Source: Chiloscyllium plagiosum (taxonomy: Eukaryota). Taken from it: 64,000 nucleotides of DNA. The translations under genes and the position numbers were made by a program. Under the pieces are notes generated by a model. The model was not told the origin of the DNA. It did not search any database and worked only from the letters and a program-made list of their open reading frames with translations. Location: positions 77,578,373 to 77,642,372 of the forward strand of contig NC_057719.1 in assembly GCF_004010195.1 (NCBI RefSeq), given 5' to 3'. This document shows positions 62,190-64,000 of this stretch, in pieces (the first letter of the stretch is position 1; the number at the start of each line of letters is the position of its first letter).

Positions 62190-63690
62190 AAACAGCGCAG
62201 ACCATGGTAAAATTTGTAGCAGAATTGTGCAAGAGGTCAATCTTGACAACATAAGTATCTCACAACATCATTCATGCTTTTCATAAGCAGTGTGACAAGA
62301 TTCTCACCAGGAAATGATGAATTCCCAATTAAGGGAATGATTGTTTGTTACAAACCTTTAGAATAGCCCAACTCACTGCATTAATATTCAGATTCCTATC
62401 TTCCCAGACATGCCGAAAACAACAGGCATTGAGAGATCATGATATAGAAGAGTTATTTGCAGACTTGTGCTTTCTGCTTGCTTCAAAAGACCCCATGCTG
62501 GACACCTGGCACTATCATCTCAGGCCATACTCCACAGGCACAAGCCACACATACTCCACATCCACGGACATTGGCATCTGACATGTGCAAACTTCTAAGA
62601 ACTCTTAAGACACATCTCCAATCCATTTACAGAGTGTTACTGCATTAATAAAATATTGTAGTTACATTGGTAACTATCATTATAATGTTACCACAAGAAC
62701 ATTGTGTGCTCAGGGAGACACACCCAACTCATGGACTGGACCAGGCTGCATCTTTGTTCAATGTCATGGCACTCACTCACTCTGAACCTGACTGGCTGAT
62801 TACAAATCCCCTACATTGCCTTGCTTTTACGTGATTTCCCTACTCAGCCAGAACTACCAGACTAGCATTACTTCTTTCTTACCATTTTATTTTATGAGGA
62901 CCATAAAGGCAGGAAGTTTGTCACTGTTGTCAGCAGGATTCAGTCAAGTCAAGAAGAATAGCCTATGTTCAGGAGGACCTTGGCACAGTAAGTCAAGGGC
63001 ATTTTAGAGGCTTGGACATAGTCAGGCTGTCGCTCAGAATGGCATTTGGCAGGCTGCTTTCTACATAAGGGATAATGAATGTCAGGCATCCCACCACCCA
63101 CCTTGATGCTTTTTTGCCTTGCTAGGGCAGTTTTATTTAGAGAATGAGAAAGAGGTTGGTATGAAGAGACATGAAAGTGGGTGGTACAGCTGTTAATTTT
63201 GGTGCATGTGGGGAGGTGTCCTGAGTAAGTGAGTGTAGTGTTGGTGGTATCGGGTTGTTGAAGTGGGGTGTCACAGAGTCAGGGCAGCTGTTACAGGTGA
63301 CAGTGAGAGTGGTAGAACATGTGCTTGCTGGGAGTTTGTACAGTAGCAGTGATATTGTGAGGGTGAGATATCAGAGAAATGATAGTGGCATTCTGTACCA
63401 CCCCGTCCACCAGGACTTCCAGTTTCCTGTCCACAAAACAAATGCCAAGTGACACCCTATCTACCTTGTTTGGAGCAATAATCAGGAACTACAGGTACAC
63501 AACTGGTTTTTAAAGATGGCATGAGTCCAAAGGATGCCAGTTAATTCTAGGATATCTTGGAAGTGGTGAATTGTCCCAGAAATGGTAAATGGTCAGATGG
63601 GGTGGGACTTGGATATGGGAGATGCCACAGGAGTGGGGTAGGTTTTTAATGAGGCAAGTTTGGTAAAATATGGTGAGTAAACTTATTAAG
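62190..63690 (-). mobile_element. Decayed Harbinger-like element (copy C); boundaries approximate
   Basis: CFVDRKLEVLVDGVVQ at ~63390-63441 on the minus strand; 62460-62750 is homologous to copies A and B. Confidence 0.55.
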
Positions 63691-64000
63691 CCTTGCAGCA
63701 AATAAGTGTCCAATAAGCTAGTGCAACTTGCACATTGCCAAAAAAAAAAGATTCAGTTCTATATATATAATATTAGGGATCAGGGTAAAAATCAATCCAT
63801 GCTCTCAGAATCCTGTCAATTCAGGCCCCTGATAAAAGCTTTCATTAAAGATAAAATGATCAAAAGCATCAGAGATCCGACTAAGACTGCACAACTGCCA
63901 AGGGAAGAAAATTTGACTCATGAAGTTACAACATATGCAGAAGCTCTGAGCTTGTAACTCAACAGCTATAGCATATACATTGGAGAATAGGTGAGATGGA

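Overview
Repeat-dense, eukaryotic, non-coding-type window with no recognisable intact host gene. The repeat content (HE1-like tRNA-derived V-SINEs, HER1/CR1 LINEs, DeuSINE-like relics) points to a cartilaginous fish, probably a shark; this is an inference. The window holds many CR1 fragments, several SINE families and two Ty3/Gypsy families. One Gypsy copy is full-length but decayed (16645-23093, 5-bp TSD); the same family also has an internally deleted copy and a solo LTR. There are four decayed Harbinger-like elements carrying Myb/SANT-like relics, a TA-flanked MITE and two assembly gaps. The most striking signal is a set of Penelope-like element (PLE) pseudo-LTRs carrying ultra-minimal hammerhead-ribozyme-like cores (CUGANGA-A-stemII-GAAA-CG-UC). 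Their stem III is only a self-complementary palindrome. Many copies are short fold-back insertions with 10-16 bp TSDs, including a perfect 93-bp-arm palindrome at 49616-49802. Boundaries of old elements are approximate, and all family names come from motif recognition by eye, not from database searches.
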